Positions 23,318 to 35,632 of a stretch of 58,069 nucleotides of DNA are shown piece after piece. Made by a program: the position numbers and the translations under genes. Location of the stretch: NCBI GenBank assembly GCA_016748015.1, contig JAAOMT010000088.1:157978-216046 (forward strand). Reading direction: 5' to 3'. The stretch's first letter is position 1, and every line of letters begins with the position of its first letter. The notes under the pieces were generated by a model, which worked only from the letters and a program-made list of their open reading frames with translations, made no database searches and was not told the origin of the DNA. The DNA is from Geosiphon pyriformis uo1 (lineage: Eukaryota > Fungi > Glomeromycota).

Positions 23318-26300
23318 TACTCTTTTGAAATTTATGCAAATCATTATAAGAAAACTTTTTACTATCAGTAATAATTTTCTTTATGGTAATTTTTAGGCCC
23401 ATATTTTTTGTTTCCTTGGTTTTTCCTCCCTTTAAAAAATTCGAAGGAGTGAAACCATATGAATTCATGCTATTTCAACCCATAAAAGAATGATATTCTG
23501 ACTTATTCAAATAAGGTTACCCATTCGCTTTTTTGGATGACAACAACTTTTTTTCGTTACCTATGTTTGTCAATTCCTAAAAAATTCAAAGTTTCAACTA
23601 ATCGTATCCTTTCGATAAAGAAAAACAAATTAGAAATTTTGCCATGGTTTTTATTATTGTTTTCTCTTTCAAGTTTTATTTCGGGGTTCATTTCGTTTAT
23701 TCTTAATAAGTAGAATTTATATATGAAAATTTTTCTTCATATATAGATCCAAAAACTTTTATTGACATAATTAGTTTAGAAGTAAAAATAGTTTTAACGG
23801 TTCACTAGGTCTACACAAAAATTCTTTGTAAAATATTTAGGAAATAATTTTTTTCATAATTTTACAAAACATATGTTGTACAGCATTTAATCTAGGATTT
23901 TTTCCAGATTTTTGAATTCATTATTTTATCCTTCATTTCAAATACCATTTCTTTGAATATGTTTTGAAAATAAAATAAAATAAAAAATTATCGATATATA
24001 TACATAATACCATCCAGAAGATTTCAACGGGGGAAATAGTTTAAAATTTAAAAAAAAAAGTAACTACTAAAAATTGAGAGTGAAAAAAATTATGGCTGAA
24101 AAACCAACCTAAAGTAATTATTAATGGTATGCATACAACTTCTGGATCCAGCGAAAAATGATATAAAGCACAATAAATTAGGCTGAATTGAGCAATGATC
24201 CTAATTGTTAAACCGATAAAAAAGCGAAAAATTTTATTGAACTAACCGATTTGGCCATTTTGTTCTACCAGACCCTGCCTTTCAATCATTCTAATAATGT
24301 ATTTAGGGCTGAAAATTGTCACGCATTTAAAATAGGCATTATTATTATCATTGTCATTTTTTTGCTCAAATTATTTATTTTTAGTCACATGAATATCTTT
24401 TTTCGGTGGGGAACATCTATACTTTTTGAGAATTTTATTCAGCCATTGTTCTCATTCACCCATTTAAAAAAATAATGTATGATAATATGTAACATTAAAT
24501 GAATAATAGTATGAGCATATCGCATCATTGCATGAATAATAAAATAGTGTGAAAATAACTTTGAATATAATATCACGAGGCTATTATAGCCAATGATATC
24601 AAGATTTTTGTCACAATTAATGATTATTTAAAGATTTAGAAACTTTTTTTTTTCTTTTTCCTCGAGAAAAATTTTTAATCTATTCTATGTGACCAATCAA
24701 AGTTCAAAGGAAATAAAGAGATGCGTTAAAGAAAAATTTTTTTATAGTTTAGTGTAGGTTATAGCATATGTATAGATCGTCAATCTATGATTTTCAATAA
24801 GCAATTAATAATGATAACATCCTAAATTTCTAAAAACGTTTCCAAGCATTAGATTAATGTGGAGTGAGATACAAGTATTTTATCTCTCGTCTCGAAACTT
24901 ATTCTTTGGCTGTGAGTTTCCAATTTAAGAATTATAACCATTCAAGCCTAATTAAAGTTTTCAGGGGAAATTTTATTTATTTATTTATTTATTTATAGAT
25001 ACATCATATGAGGATTCCTTTCAAAGATTTTTATTGAATCAATTTTCAGCCTTTTATCTTGAACCATTTAAGGATAGAGTTTCCTAAATATTTAGTTAGA
25101 GCTATTTGAATTCATAATGAAAAATGATGAATTTTGGTATTTAAATTCACGCTAAATCTGAAAAGCTAGTTAGAATCTCGGTTCTTTTTAGATAGATATT
25201 TCTTTGACGATTATTCTATGAAAATTAACGTTAGAATAATCTGACATTAATAATCAAAAGAAAAATCTGTGGTTATTTGAGATCTAGTAAAAAATTTTTT
25301 GGTTCAATGGTTTGAGAAATGGCTCATAAAGTTTTATTCAAGTCGAATAAGTTATATTTGTATTGGTTAATTTTCTAACTAGATAAATATATCTACAAAA
25401 AATATTTCAATTATTGAGTTTGTTTTGATCTTTAAAGTAAAAATTTTATTATTTTCATCAAATCTTTTTTTTTTTTTTAATTTTGGAATTTAAAAATATT
25501 TAAATCCTTTATTGAATAATTGGGCTAATTAATATTGAAATTTCAATTAGAGCTGAATTAGAATGTAAAAAAGAAGAAGTTTTCGAAAGTAATTTTCAAG
25601 TAAAATAATTTTGTGAAATAAATTAACGATGAGAAATTCTTTAAAATTGTCTTTTTTGTCATTCTATTCAAATTTCTTTTAAAAGTTTCTTTTAAAAAAT
25701 TTAAATTGGGAGCGAATAAAAGAATTCTTTCATCAATGGTATTAGGATATTTATTATAAAGTATGTTTAAAGAATTTTTGATTCAAGCTTCATTAAAAAT
25801 GTTTGAATTTACCACAACTAATTTTATTTATTTATTTATTTATTTATTTTTCATAAAAAATAATTGAAAAATTTTAATGATAAAATTTTGATGTTTTAAA
25901 TAAATTTTCAATCATTTATTTTTTAATTTAAAAAAATAAAAATCAATATTTACCTGATAAAAATCAATTTGAAAGAATAAATTAAAAAAAGTAAGATTAT
26001 ATAATTAAAATTACATAATTAAAAATTATTTCCTTAATATCGAAACATTAAATTGGAATACCATATTCAAATCTTTGGAAAAGAATAAAAATTTTTTTTT
26101 CCTTGTACTTATTCAATCTCAACTAATAAAATATCCTATTTTTAGAACTAATTAAAGCAAATATCTGCAGTCAAACTTTATTGGGAATTTTTAAATTGAT
26201 GTTCAATTACAGTTTATAATTTTCCGGAGTATGTTACCCTTTTGATAATAAATATTTTGATGCTTATTTATGATCAAATAAGTAGATTTATTGATCGATA

Positions 26301-26789
26301 TATTGATCAAAAAACCAATTAAACGAAACTTGTTGTGTGATAATAAATTTGTTTAGCATATACATGTATTTATGTTTTATCAATGCTTAAACAAAAGAAA
26401 CGTGTTAATATGAATTGCTGGTTTGGTAAATTGAGTTTTTCTTCTTATTCGAAAATTTGAAAGCTTTATCAGCAAAAATAGAACCCTTTGCTAGATCATT
26501 TTTTTCAAAACATAAGCTCGAAAGCAAAATATTTTGAAATTTTTCGAATAGAATTCTTTATGCTCTTTTAAATACACACAACAAGAGTCAACATTTCTTT
26601 TTAAATCCTAAAACAAAATAAATAATATTTTAATCGAAATTCTCTTATAAAAGTATGTATCAAAATTTTTTAAATGATGATTAGACTTTACTAACTTCAT
26701 ATCTTTTGAAAATATATAAAATTTTTAATAATTCACGCATAATTATTAAAATCTTCAAATTTTAAAAGAGACACACTCGTTCTTTCAAA

Positions 26790-27334
26790 ATGAATAAACC
26801 AAATTTTTTTGTCTCATTTAAGAAATTTATTTTAATGAATTTTTTGATATTATTCCTCGTAATTTTAAATGTTCTAGCGTTTCCTGCCGATCAAAACAGT
26901 AAGTCTCAAGATTTTATCATGATAAAATTACTTTCAAATTTCCCTTTAACATCTAAAAATTTATATCTTTTTTTAAAAACATTATAAATTTAATTAAAGA
27001 ATTGAAATGCTTAATTTGCCCGCGATTCATTCCTCAATGCCCAGTTTGCACCACTAACGAAAAATGCGTTAAAAAAGGCTATTCATGTAAGGCCTGTGCA
27101 TCTGCTAGATGTGTTCCACTAGTTAATAAGGAAGAATCTGGATCCCAAAAATTTGGTGGTGATCTTTGTATTAACCCTGCGTTATGTTACAAAGAACCAA
27201 GCTGTAACCCAAAATCTTGTAATAGTGATGAAGAATGTAGTGTTGTTCAACCCAGTTGTAATAATTGTGCTACCATTAAATGCACCCCTAAAGATTATAA
27301 AAAAGTCAAAATCATGAGATCGTTTGAGCAATAG
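26790..27334 (+). CDS. Small secreted Cys-rich protein with two tandem 8-Cys Opy2-N-like modules; 2 exons (26790 or 26836-26898; 27000-27334)
   Basis: Signal-peptide-like MNFLILFLVILNVLAFP and an in-frame GTAAGT..AAAG intron. Modules: CLICPRFIPQCPVCTTNEKCVKKGYSCKACASARC and CINPALCYKEPSCNPKSCNSDEECSVVQPSCNNCATIKC. Confidence 0.85.
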
Positions 27335-28564
27335 AAATTTACAACCCTGATCTCAAAAAAATGAGATGATAAATTATAAATTCTCAAATTTTATTTGGTC
27401 AATTTTCCATAGTAAAAATATGCTTTAATATTAATTCTTATTATAAATATCAAACTAGTTGAAAAGAAGATAGCTACATATTAGGCTATCAATATTTTAC
27501 AAGTAAGGTACAAAAAAAATGATTACTTATCGATTCAAAAACAGTTTCTATAATTGAACACTTTGCAATTCAATCTTGAGTTTAATATACCATATCAATG
27601 ACTAACATGAAAGAATTTCGAAAACTCCTATCTCAAACTTAAAAAAGTTTTCTTTTCAGAAATCAATTATTATTATTATTATTATTATTATTATTTCTCA
27701 ACGGTCGAATTTCTTCGTAGCGCCCTGAATTGATTAGCCTGAATAAATTGCGATATAGCCTCATATTAATCATTTTCCAAAATAATGAAATGGCGATAAG
27801 ATTCAAAAAGATGATAGTTCTTTAAAAATGATTGATAGCATTTTGATAATAAGTAGAAGAAAATATTGTTATTATAACTTGAGATTTTCAAGTATTCCCT
27901 ATCATACCTTCAAACTCACCACATATTTGGCTAAATTAACAAGGATCCAGCTTTCTTCTCTGATAAAATAAATCAATGAATTTGAAATTTCTCAAATAAT
28001 ATAAAAAATATTGAAATGATCAAATTCTTATAACAAAATACAAGAATTGAATAATTAACCTTAAAAGATTAGTTTAAAATGTAAATTTTATATTAAATTG
28101 TACAAAATTAAAAGTGGTAGATGTTTGCAACTAATTTCACAAGTTAATTACCTTCTTTTTCAAATTTTATTCAATCAAATTTTGAAAAGTTTATAAATGT
28201 AGCATTTTATATATTTAGATTAGTAAAGAATTTAAAATTTTCGCTTTTAGTGAAAAATCCTTTAAATTTTAGTACCTTAAAATTTGGATTAATAATCTTT
28301 GAGAATGTTTGACTTTTCGTATTAAAGTTCTGCCAAATGGATCATAAGTTATTATAACAAAGTCCGAAAATTCTTCTAACCTGTTTGGTTGATTGGTTTG
28401 CAATTTCTTATTGTAAGCAGTAAAATTTTAAGGTTCTGTAGAAGAATTCTTTTTTATTAGTTTGTCTAATTTATAGTTTGTGTCCACAGCACAGAACCTT
28501 TTTTAATATGGTAAAAATCGAATTCATATTATATTGCTTAAAATCCAAGTCCAAATGGTTAAAA

Positions 28565-29440
28565 CCTGAATTTGAATTTTTATAATATTTAAAGATGCTT
28601 TTCTGTTCCATTCAATCCGTCCATTATCTCATCGAATCCAAACATATTTTGAAAGTGACAATTCAAGTTACCAATTATTGAGATCTCAATTTAATATATA
28701 TTGGGAACTATGATTGAAAATACTTGCCAATCGTGCATACTTGACACAAATTATCATTATCTGATTACTTAAAGTAATAAAAAAAGTCAATTACTCTTTG
28801 AAAAAACTTCATAGATTAGTGTCAAAGCAAACATGTTGCATGATAATATATATCTTTTTATTTTAAAAATTTTGAGTCCATTTATGAAACTGGAAATATG
28901 TGAATCAGATATTTTATATTTGGGAAAAATAATAATTTACAATAGTTTAAAACAGAAATTTCTGTAATAGTCTAAATTTTCTAATATTTCAATTTGATTA
29001 AAAGTTTTTGGTAAATTGGATCGGTCATAATTTCCCCAAGAAAAAGTCTTTTTGTTGATTCATTTTAATAATATATTTTTAGCTATCGAACCTACTTTCC
29101 TAGAAAGAAAGGTTTTAATGCTTATTAATAATAATGAAAACAACCTATCTCAAATAAAAAAAGTCTTTTATTAGGAATATATTATACCAAATTATAGTTA
29201 AAAAAGCTATAATTTTATAATCGATTCAAAAAAGTATTATAGTTCAGTTTGTAACAATTTGTTTTTTTTAAAAGATACGTGATAGGATATCTCTTAAATT
29301 ATAAATCATATCTTGAATTTGCAAAACACAGAAAACCTTTTAAATATTCTACTGTGTTTGTTTTAGTGATACTAAGGATTGATTTTAAACAAAGCTTATT
29401 ATTAATGATAATAAATCTCTTTAAAAAAAAATATATATAC
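28565..29440 (-). repeat. Right arm of the ~0.9-kb inverted repeat (partner 19295-20210)
   Basis: Reverse-complement similarity as above (e.g. cataatttccccaagaaaa vs ttttcttggggaaattatg). Confidence 0.9.
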
Positions 29441-29489
29441 AAATAAACCTCTTTAAATGCACTTCTCTTGTGACTGGTCATGAGAATGC

Positions 29490-31180
29490 ATTTAGAGAAT
29501 TTTGGAGTTAAATTTAAGATTATTTAAGAATAAAATAATAATTGAAACAAATTAAATAAATAATAAGAATTAAAAACAAATTTCTTGTTTAAATTTGAAT
29601 TAGTAACAACAATATTTATTTATATAAAGCTGTTGTATTTAATTCATGTTTTTTCTCAATAAAAATTTTCAAAGTATTTATTAATCTTATTTAATTTACC
29701 ATTAAATCTTAATAATCTAATACTTTTTAATTTTTTAATGCTGTATTATTTTATTCATTTCTTTAGTTTTATATTTACTGCCTAATATATATTTACAAGT
29801 TTTATTAAATTTAATTGAAAAAAGTTAAAATTTTTATTTTTATTGTTTTAAAAAGATTCAAAGCATCAAATATTTTGGTAGATTTATAAACACTTATGTA
29901 TTGTTTGGTGTTAATAAAAATTGTTAATTGTTTCAACAAAGTCTTTTTTAAGCTTAGATTATATATTAGACTGTTTAAAAAAAGTTTATCTTTAAATTTT
30001 GCACTAATTAATTAGCTTTAAGTTGTTTTAACATTTATTTAAAATAATCAAACTTTTAAAACATTGTTGTAAATATTTAAGACTTAAAAAATTTTTCAGT
30101 CTCTTATAAATAAGCTTCAAGTTTTCAAATTCTTAAAATATTATAGTTTTTCAAATTTATGAATTTAATTTATAAGATTATTAAAATTTGTATATAATGT
30201 AATTTGTTTTTTTTTTTACAGCAAAATGCTATATTGCGATTGTTTGATCTGATTTCTAATTAAAAAAAAAAAGTTTGTTTTGTTTATATTATAAATTTAA
30301 TTTAAAAATAAAAATAAAAATAAATTATTTGTTTTATAATTAATTAGAATTTTACAATAGGTTTTTTTTATTAACAAATATTGTTTTTTGATATATTTTG
30401 ATTATTTGGAAAAAATGTAACATATTTTTAAAAATTTTTAACTTTTTTGTTAAATAATTCAGTTTTTTAATTAATATATTTTTTTAAAAAAAATTGTTTA
30501 ATATTAAATAGATTAATATCAATTTTTTTAAAGTTCTAAAATAATATTATATTATAATATTATTTTATATTTAAAGTTTTGTTTTTAATCAATAGTAAAA
30601 AAAAGATACTTTACTAAATTGTAGCTAATATTATATTTAATTTTTATATAATTGTAATTCCATATTATATAATTATACTTAATTGTATTTAATATATTAT
30701 TTATTTTTTATATTTGCAATTTCATATTTAATTAAAAGTTACTTATATATTATTTGGTTAAAAATTTGAGCAATTGTTAACTTAATAATAATAATAATAA
30801 TAATAATAATTTATTTATTTATTTATTTTACATGTTTTTTTTTGGTCTTTTATTGTTACGTATATAAAGACATAATTTGTATTTTTGAAAATTTGTAAAG
30901 TAATTTATTTTTAAATGACATTTAAGATAAAGTAAAGCAACCAAAAAATAATAATTATTTTTATTATTTTTAAAATTCAATAATCTTTTTTGTAAATAAG
31001 TATTACTTAATCATAAAATATGTATATACATTATTTGAAAAAAAATGTACAAATTAATAAACACTTTCTTAATAAAATTTTTTAAAAACTTATAACAAAA
31101 TTTTTTCGAAAAAATTTGAGTTAAGAAAAACAAAAATATACAATTTTAATTTTAATAAAATACAATTTATAAATGATCTT
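29490..31180. other. Hyper-AT island; its right part is probably the eroded 5' portion of the Fanzor relic
   Basis: Extreme AT content grading into recognisable TnpB-like codons at about 31200. Confidence 0.65.
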
Positions 31181-31199
31181 TGCTCAAAGAAAATAAATT

Positions 31200-31445
31200 A
31201 AATACCTAGTTAAAATTTAAGAATGGTAAAGTCAAAAGATTAAAAAATACGATTGGGTCTATGAATTAAAAGATCTTACACTTGCAGGCAGAAATAAATA
31301 GAAAGGCAGTCGCATTTTTCACTTACAAATGTGATGCTATTATCATTCTTGCCTTTGAGATATCAGACATGGTGAATGGAAAAAAGTAAAAATGATATTA
31401 TGCTGGGTAATTATCGATTCGTCAACGTCGGAGTATTACTATTAT
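31200..31445 (+). mobile_element. Fanzor/TnpB-family (IS607-type, Fanzor2-like) RNA-guided nuclease relic, bridge-helix to RuvC-II region
   Basis: KVKRLKNTIGSMN*KILHLQAEINRKAVAFFTYKCDAIIILAFEISDMVNGKK*, then after frameshifts MLG and YRF(R)QR. Matches the remembered pattern I.NL..EVH.K...FL...FD.IIIP.FE.S.MV.......ML.W.HYRFRQRL. Confidence 0.7.
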
Positions 31446-32810
31446 TAATGTGTTACAATCGATCCGAAATATATATTGAAAAATGATTAATCTAAACGAG
31501 TTCCTTAGATAAAACTTCTATTTAAAAAAAAATCTTGAATTCATAAAATTAGATTAAAATATTAAAATTAATTTTAAAGTTGACTATGTATAAAAAATAT
31601 TTTTATTAAAAATAAAAGCTAATTCCTAACTTCTAAAAAATCTGCTAAATTAAAAATATTACGTCTTAAATTTCGTATCACTATAATTGATATAATATAT
31701 TCTGCAAAATTTAAATATCTCTCTATGATACTGTTTCTCATCTTCGAATTATGATTATTTAATTTGCTATCTTATTATGGGATTTCACTGATTAAGCTTA
31801 AAAGTAATTATAACTAATAATTTAGTATGATGTCGTTGAGTTTCATATTGAGCAACCAATTTCTAATTATGGAACAGATTCTAAAGAAATCGACATATTA
31901 TTGGTTGCTATGCTTGCACTATTTACTAAATGGGACAATGAGATTTCAAATTTTCATTGAGGAAAATAAATATAATTTTTAGTATCGAAATTTCCTTTAA
32001 AAAGGAAACTATTTTTGATAATAGATGTGTGATTATTTTAGCTTTGAATATGGATGGATAGTTAAGATAAACAAACGTTCAAGATTTCTAGCCAAGCTTT
32101 GAAAACATCATTTTCTATCAAAAACCCCAAATTTTTTCAAATTTATTTCTGAATACTGAATTCGACAATGAAGAATTTATTTCATTACTGTACATTCTAT
32201 AAAACTTACTTTTAAAGAAAAACTCAAATGATTAATGTTAGTCGAAACAAAATGACTTTTTAAATTCTTATGTAAAGACTACCTCAGTTAAATAATTTTC
32301 AAAATTATCAAACAAATACTTTTATTGTTATTTCTAAAGATTCACATTTCAAAATGTACAAGAAAACTTTAAACATTTTTTTATCAGTATTTTGTACTTT
32401 ACCGTAATCCCTATCGATTATTCGAATAAAGCATCCAAAGATTATATTAATATATTAATTAATATAAAATTTGAATATTTTTAAAAGAATTAACCTTAAA
32501 ATCAATTAAAAAAACCAATTTTCTGCGCCAAAAATTGGGTTTAAAGCTTATTAAAATAAAGTTAGTTTTTAACTATAAATATAAAAAATATATTCAAAAT
32601 TTGAATTATATTTATTATTAGTAATTATTAGTTTTAGTATTATTTATATTTAAAAATATGTTACACGCAAAACATATTTTAACTTAATATGTATGGTTTT
32701 CATAAAATATTTCGAAGATAAAGTTATTAATAGTATAAATATATCTCCGAATAAGAAATAATGAAATGGATAAATAAAAAAAGATAGATAATAAGTTTTA
32801 AATGCTATTG

Positions 32811-32852
<42 letters not shown>

Positions 32853-34073
32853 TAAAATTTTCATTTCTAAAAAATTTATTTAAATTCATTCTTTGATAGC
32901 TTTTCAATAGCAGTGTACAAAATTTAACTCGTAATTCACAAAGAAAATTTATATTTTTTAAGATTTGAAATAAAATGGATTTAATTGTTTAATACTATTT
33001 AAACCAGTAAAAAATTGTTAAATAATCATATATTTTTTTTTATTTTTAATTATTTTTCCAAAATAAAAATCTAATTAGAATTGTAACATGTTTAATTTTA
33101 AAATTATTGACCTTAAATGTGCAATCTGAAAATTAATAATTTTTTAGATTGCATTTTTTATATATTCTTTTTTAAAAAAAAATAAAACTAAATTTTTAAA
33201 AACTCATTTAATTTACAATATATTTCTTTTATCAAATTTAGAAAGTACCAAAAATGATTTGAGCATTAAAAAAATTACTTTTACATAAATAAAATTATTT
33301 TTGATAAAGAAATATTGTGGAATTTTAATTAATTGAAACGAAACTTAAATTTAAAAATTTAGATGTTAAATTTTATATAACAATAAAATTCTCGTCTATT
33401 TGACCCAAGAATTATTGCGTGCTCATAATGTGATCAGTTTTGACAAAAATATCCTAAAATTTATCAAAGTCCTCACTTGAGCGTCAAAGAACTTTTGACG
33501 ACTCTCAAGTAATAAATAAATATTTACGATAAAGATGTATTGAATGACCAGACTGAACATGATTTTTAGTAAATAAATTTACTCTTCCTTTTTTTTTCAA
33601 AAATGCTAAATTTTTCATTTGTTGTTGATCAAATTGATACATTTCGATAGCAAGGGCAGAGGGTTTTCGTTTTACACGATGAAAAAGCATGCTCAAACTT
33701 TAATATTTAAACCCGATATTAGATCAAATAAACAGAACTTGCGCATAAAAGGTCTCGAAAAGTATATTTGATCGGTGGTTTTAAATATGAAGTTATTATT
33801 ACCAAACTATTATCATTTAAAAATACTTATATTAATTACAATAGTTTATTATACATTAGGTTTCTTAAATATTTTATATCGATCATTTCAAATTTCTGAA
33901 TTAGATTTCAATAGGCCTAAACAATAAACAGTAAATAACAAGGGTTTATCAGAATTGGCAACGGGTGAACAATTTTGCCATTGTAAAAACCCTTCCCTGA
34001 TAACTTTGTTATATACTGATAAAGTTTTATTCCTGGACTAGATGGATATAGAAAAGATAATTGACAAATGTGG

Positions 34074-34192
34074 CTACCCCCTCCCGCTCTTCACTCTTGT
34101 AAGAAATCTTAAACTAAAACTACCTCCTCCCGCTCTTCACTCTTGTAAGAAATCTTAAACTACCCCCCTCCCACTCTTTATTCTTGCAAGGC
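34074..34192 (+). repeat. C-rich direct repeat, about 3 copies of a 40-bp core
   Basis: ctaccccctcccgctcttcactcttgtaagaaatcttaaa starting at 34074, 34120 and 34160. Confidence 0.9.
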
Positions 34193-34297
34193 ATAAATAA
34201 CAGACTAACAATTATCAATTCCTCACCACCTAACCCTAAAATTTAATTCAGTTATTTGATGATCGATTGTTCATGATTTTCTATTCCGTATTCATTG

Positions 34298-34626
34298 GCT
34301 ATTTGAATGTTGAATTGCGAATTACTAGTGGGTGATGGTTATTTGAATGTTGAAATCGCGCATTTTTGATGGCCAGTGGTTATTCGAATGTTGAGTTGCG
34401 AATTATTGGTGGGTGGTGGTTATTCGAATGTTGAGTTGCGAATTATTGATGGCTGGTGGTTATTCGAATGTTGAGTTGCGAATTATTGATGGCTGGTGGT
34501 TATTCGAATGTTTAGTTGCGAATTATTGATCGCTGGTGGTTATTCGAATGTTTAGTTGCGAATTATTGTTGGCCGGTGGCTATTCGAATATTTAGTTGCG
34601 AATTATTGGTGGGTGGTGGTTATCCG
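34298..34626 (+). repeat. 40-bp minisatellite, 8 copies plus a partial
   Basis: Unit ggttattcgaatgttgagttgcgaattattgatggctggt with an exact 40-bp period (34378, 34418, 34458, 34498, 34538, 34578). Confidence 0.95.
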
Positions 34627-34637
34627 TCAATTGTTGG

Positions 34638-35190
34638 TGTCAAACTAGAGTCAAGATCAATAGGGTCTTCTTTTCCCGCCGATTTTGCCAAGCCCGTTCC
34701 CTTGGCTGTGGTTTCACTAGATAGTAGATAGGAAGAGTTTAACCCATGATGCACATCAATAACCGTAAGTGGAGCAGACATTCGGCAGAATGTCTGCACG
34801 CAGAGGTATAACAATTCATGTCATTGACCATAAGTGGAAGCAGACATTCGGAAGAACGGGTGCACGCACAGAGGTATAACAATTCATGTCATTGACCGTA
34901 AGTGAAAACAGACATTCGGCAGAATGGGTGCATGCACAGAGGTTAGAGAACACCACACTTGGCGATATAAAGGAGTTGGAAACCCCGTGCTTGGTTGAGT
35001 TTCTTCGGTTAAAGGTTGGGGTTCTTTCCGGTAAAGGATGCCCCCTCCCTCACCCAACACTTAGAGCTAGAAGAGATACGTCAACACCCTTACCTGGATT
35101 GTTCTATCAACTAGAGGCTTTTAACCTTGGAGACCTGCTGCGGTTATCAGTACGACTCGGGGCGAGAATGAACCTCTTAGATTTTTTATT
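34638..35190 (-). pseudogene. Rearranged 28S/LSU rRNA-derived sequence (domain III-IV-V pieces), not a functional rDNA unit
   Basis: Minus strand carries collinear LSU blocks: gtcgtactgataaccgcagcaggtctccaagg..agcctctagttgatagaa (35157-35087), gctctaag, gaagaaactcaaccaagcacgg (35006-34983), and cctatctactatctagtgaaaccacagccaagggaacgggcttggc...gaagaccc...ttgactctagtttgaca (34734-34638), with large internal deletions. Confidence 0.9.
34763..34943 (+). repeat. 65-68 bp tandem repeat (about 2.7 copies) inserted in the LSU-derived sequence
   Basis: Units start at 34763, 34828 and 34896; the first has a perfect hairpin GCAGACATTC-ggca-GAATGTCTGC (34774-34797). Confidence 0.9.
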
Positions 35191-35570
35191 CGTTATTGGT
35201 AAGTTGTTAACGACACTGGTAATTGAGATTTTGGTGTTCCTTGGATTCGTGAGTCGTGATTCGTTAGTCGTTAGTCGTACTGGTTATAGCTGTTGTGTTC
35301 GTGAGTTGGTGGACACCGGTAATTTGTCGTTGGTAGTCGATAAAGGTAAGAGTAATCCTATATAGGATAAAATTTTGCATAAAGGCAGAGAACACCTCTT
35401 TATATATGTTACTGCCTCTAAGTTGTTGATTTCGATATTGGCTGTTTATCAAAAATTACGCGTTTGTATTTCACGCGAAAACAAGAATACAAGGGTGGAG
35501 TTAACTAGACCTTTTTAGTAAATTTGATTCGACGATAACCTCCCTAGTTTTTAAAATGTTAAAAACAAAG

Positions 35571-35632
35571 CGTCACTTTTTGAAACCTTGTAATCAGTTA
35601 ACGTCACTTTTTGAAACCTTGTAATCAGTTAA
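35571..35632 (+). repeat. Perfect 31-bp tandem duplication
   Basis: cgtcactttttgaaaccttgtaatcagttaa twice. Confidence 0.95.

Noticed and set aside
34231-34240. Telomere-like TAACCCTAA
   Set aside because: Single unit, expected by chance.
34298-34626. 40-bp array as a CRISPR array
   Set aside because: Units are contiguous with no unique spacers of repeat-like length, there are no cas genes, and the context is eukaryotic.
34638-35190. Functional 28S rRNA gene
   Set aside because: Only about 0.3 kb of LSU homology with essential helices deleted; no 18S, 5.8S or remaining LSU nearby.
34516-35365. ORFs 34516-34731, 34620-34814 and 34886-35365 as proteins
   Set aside because: They are translations of minisatellite and rRNA-derived sequence.
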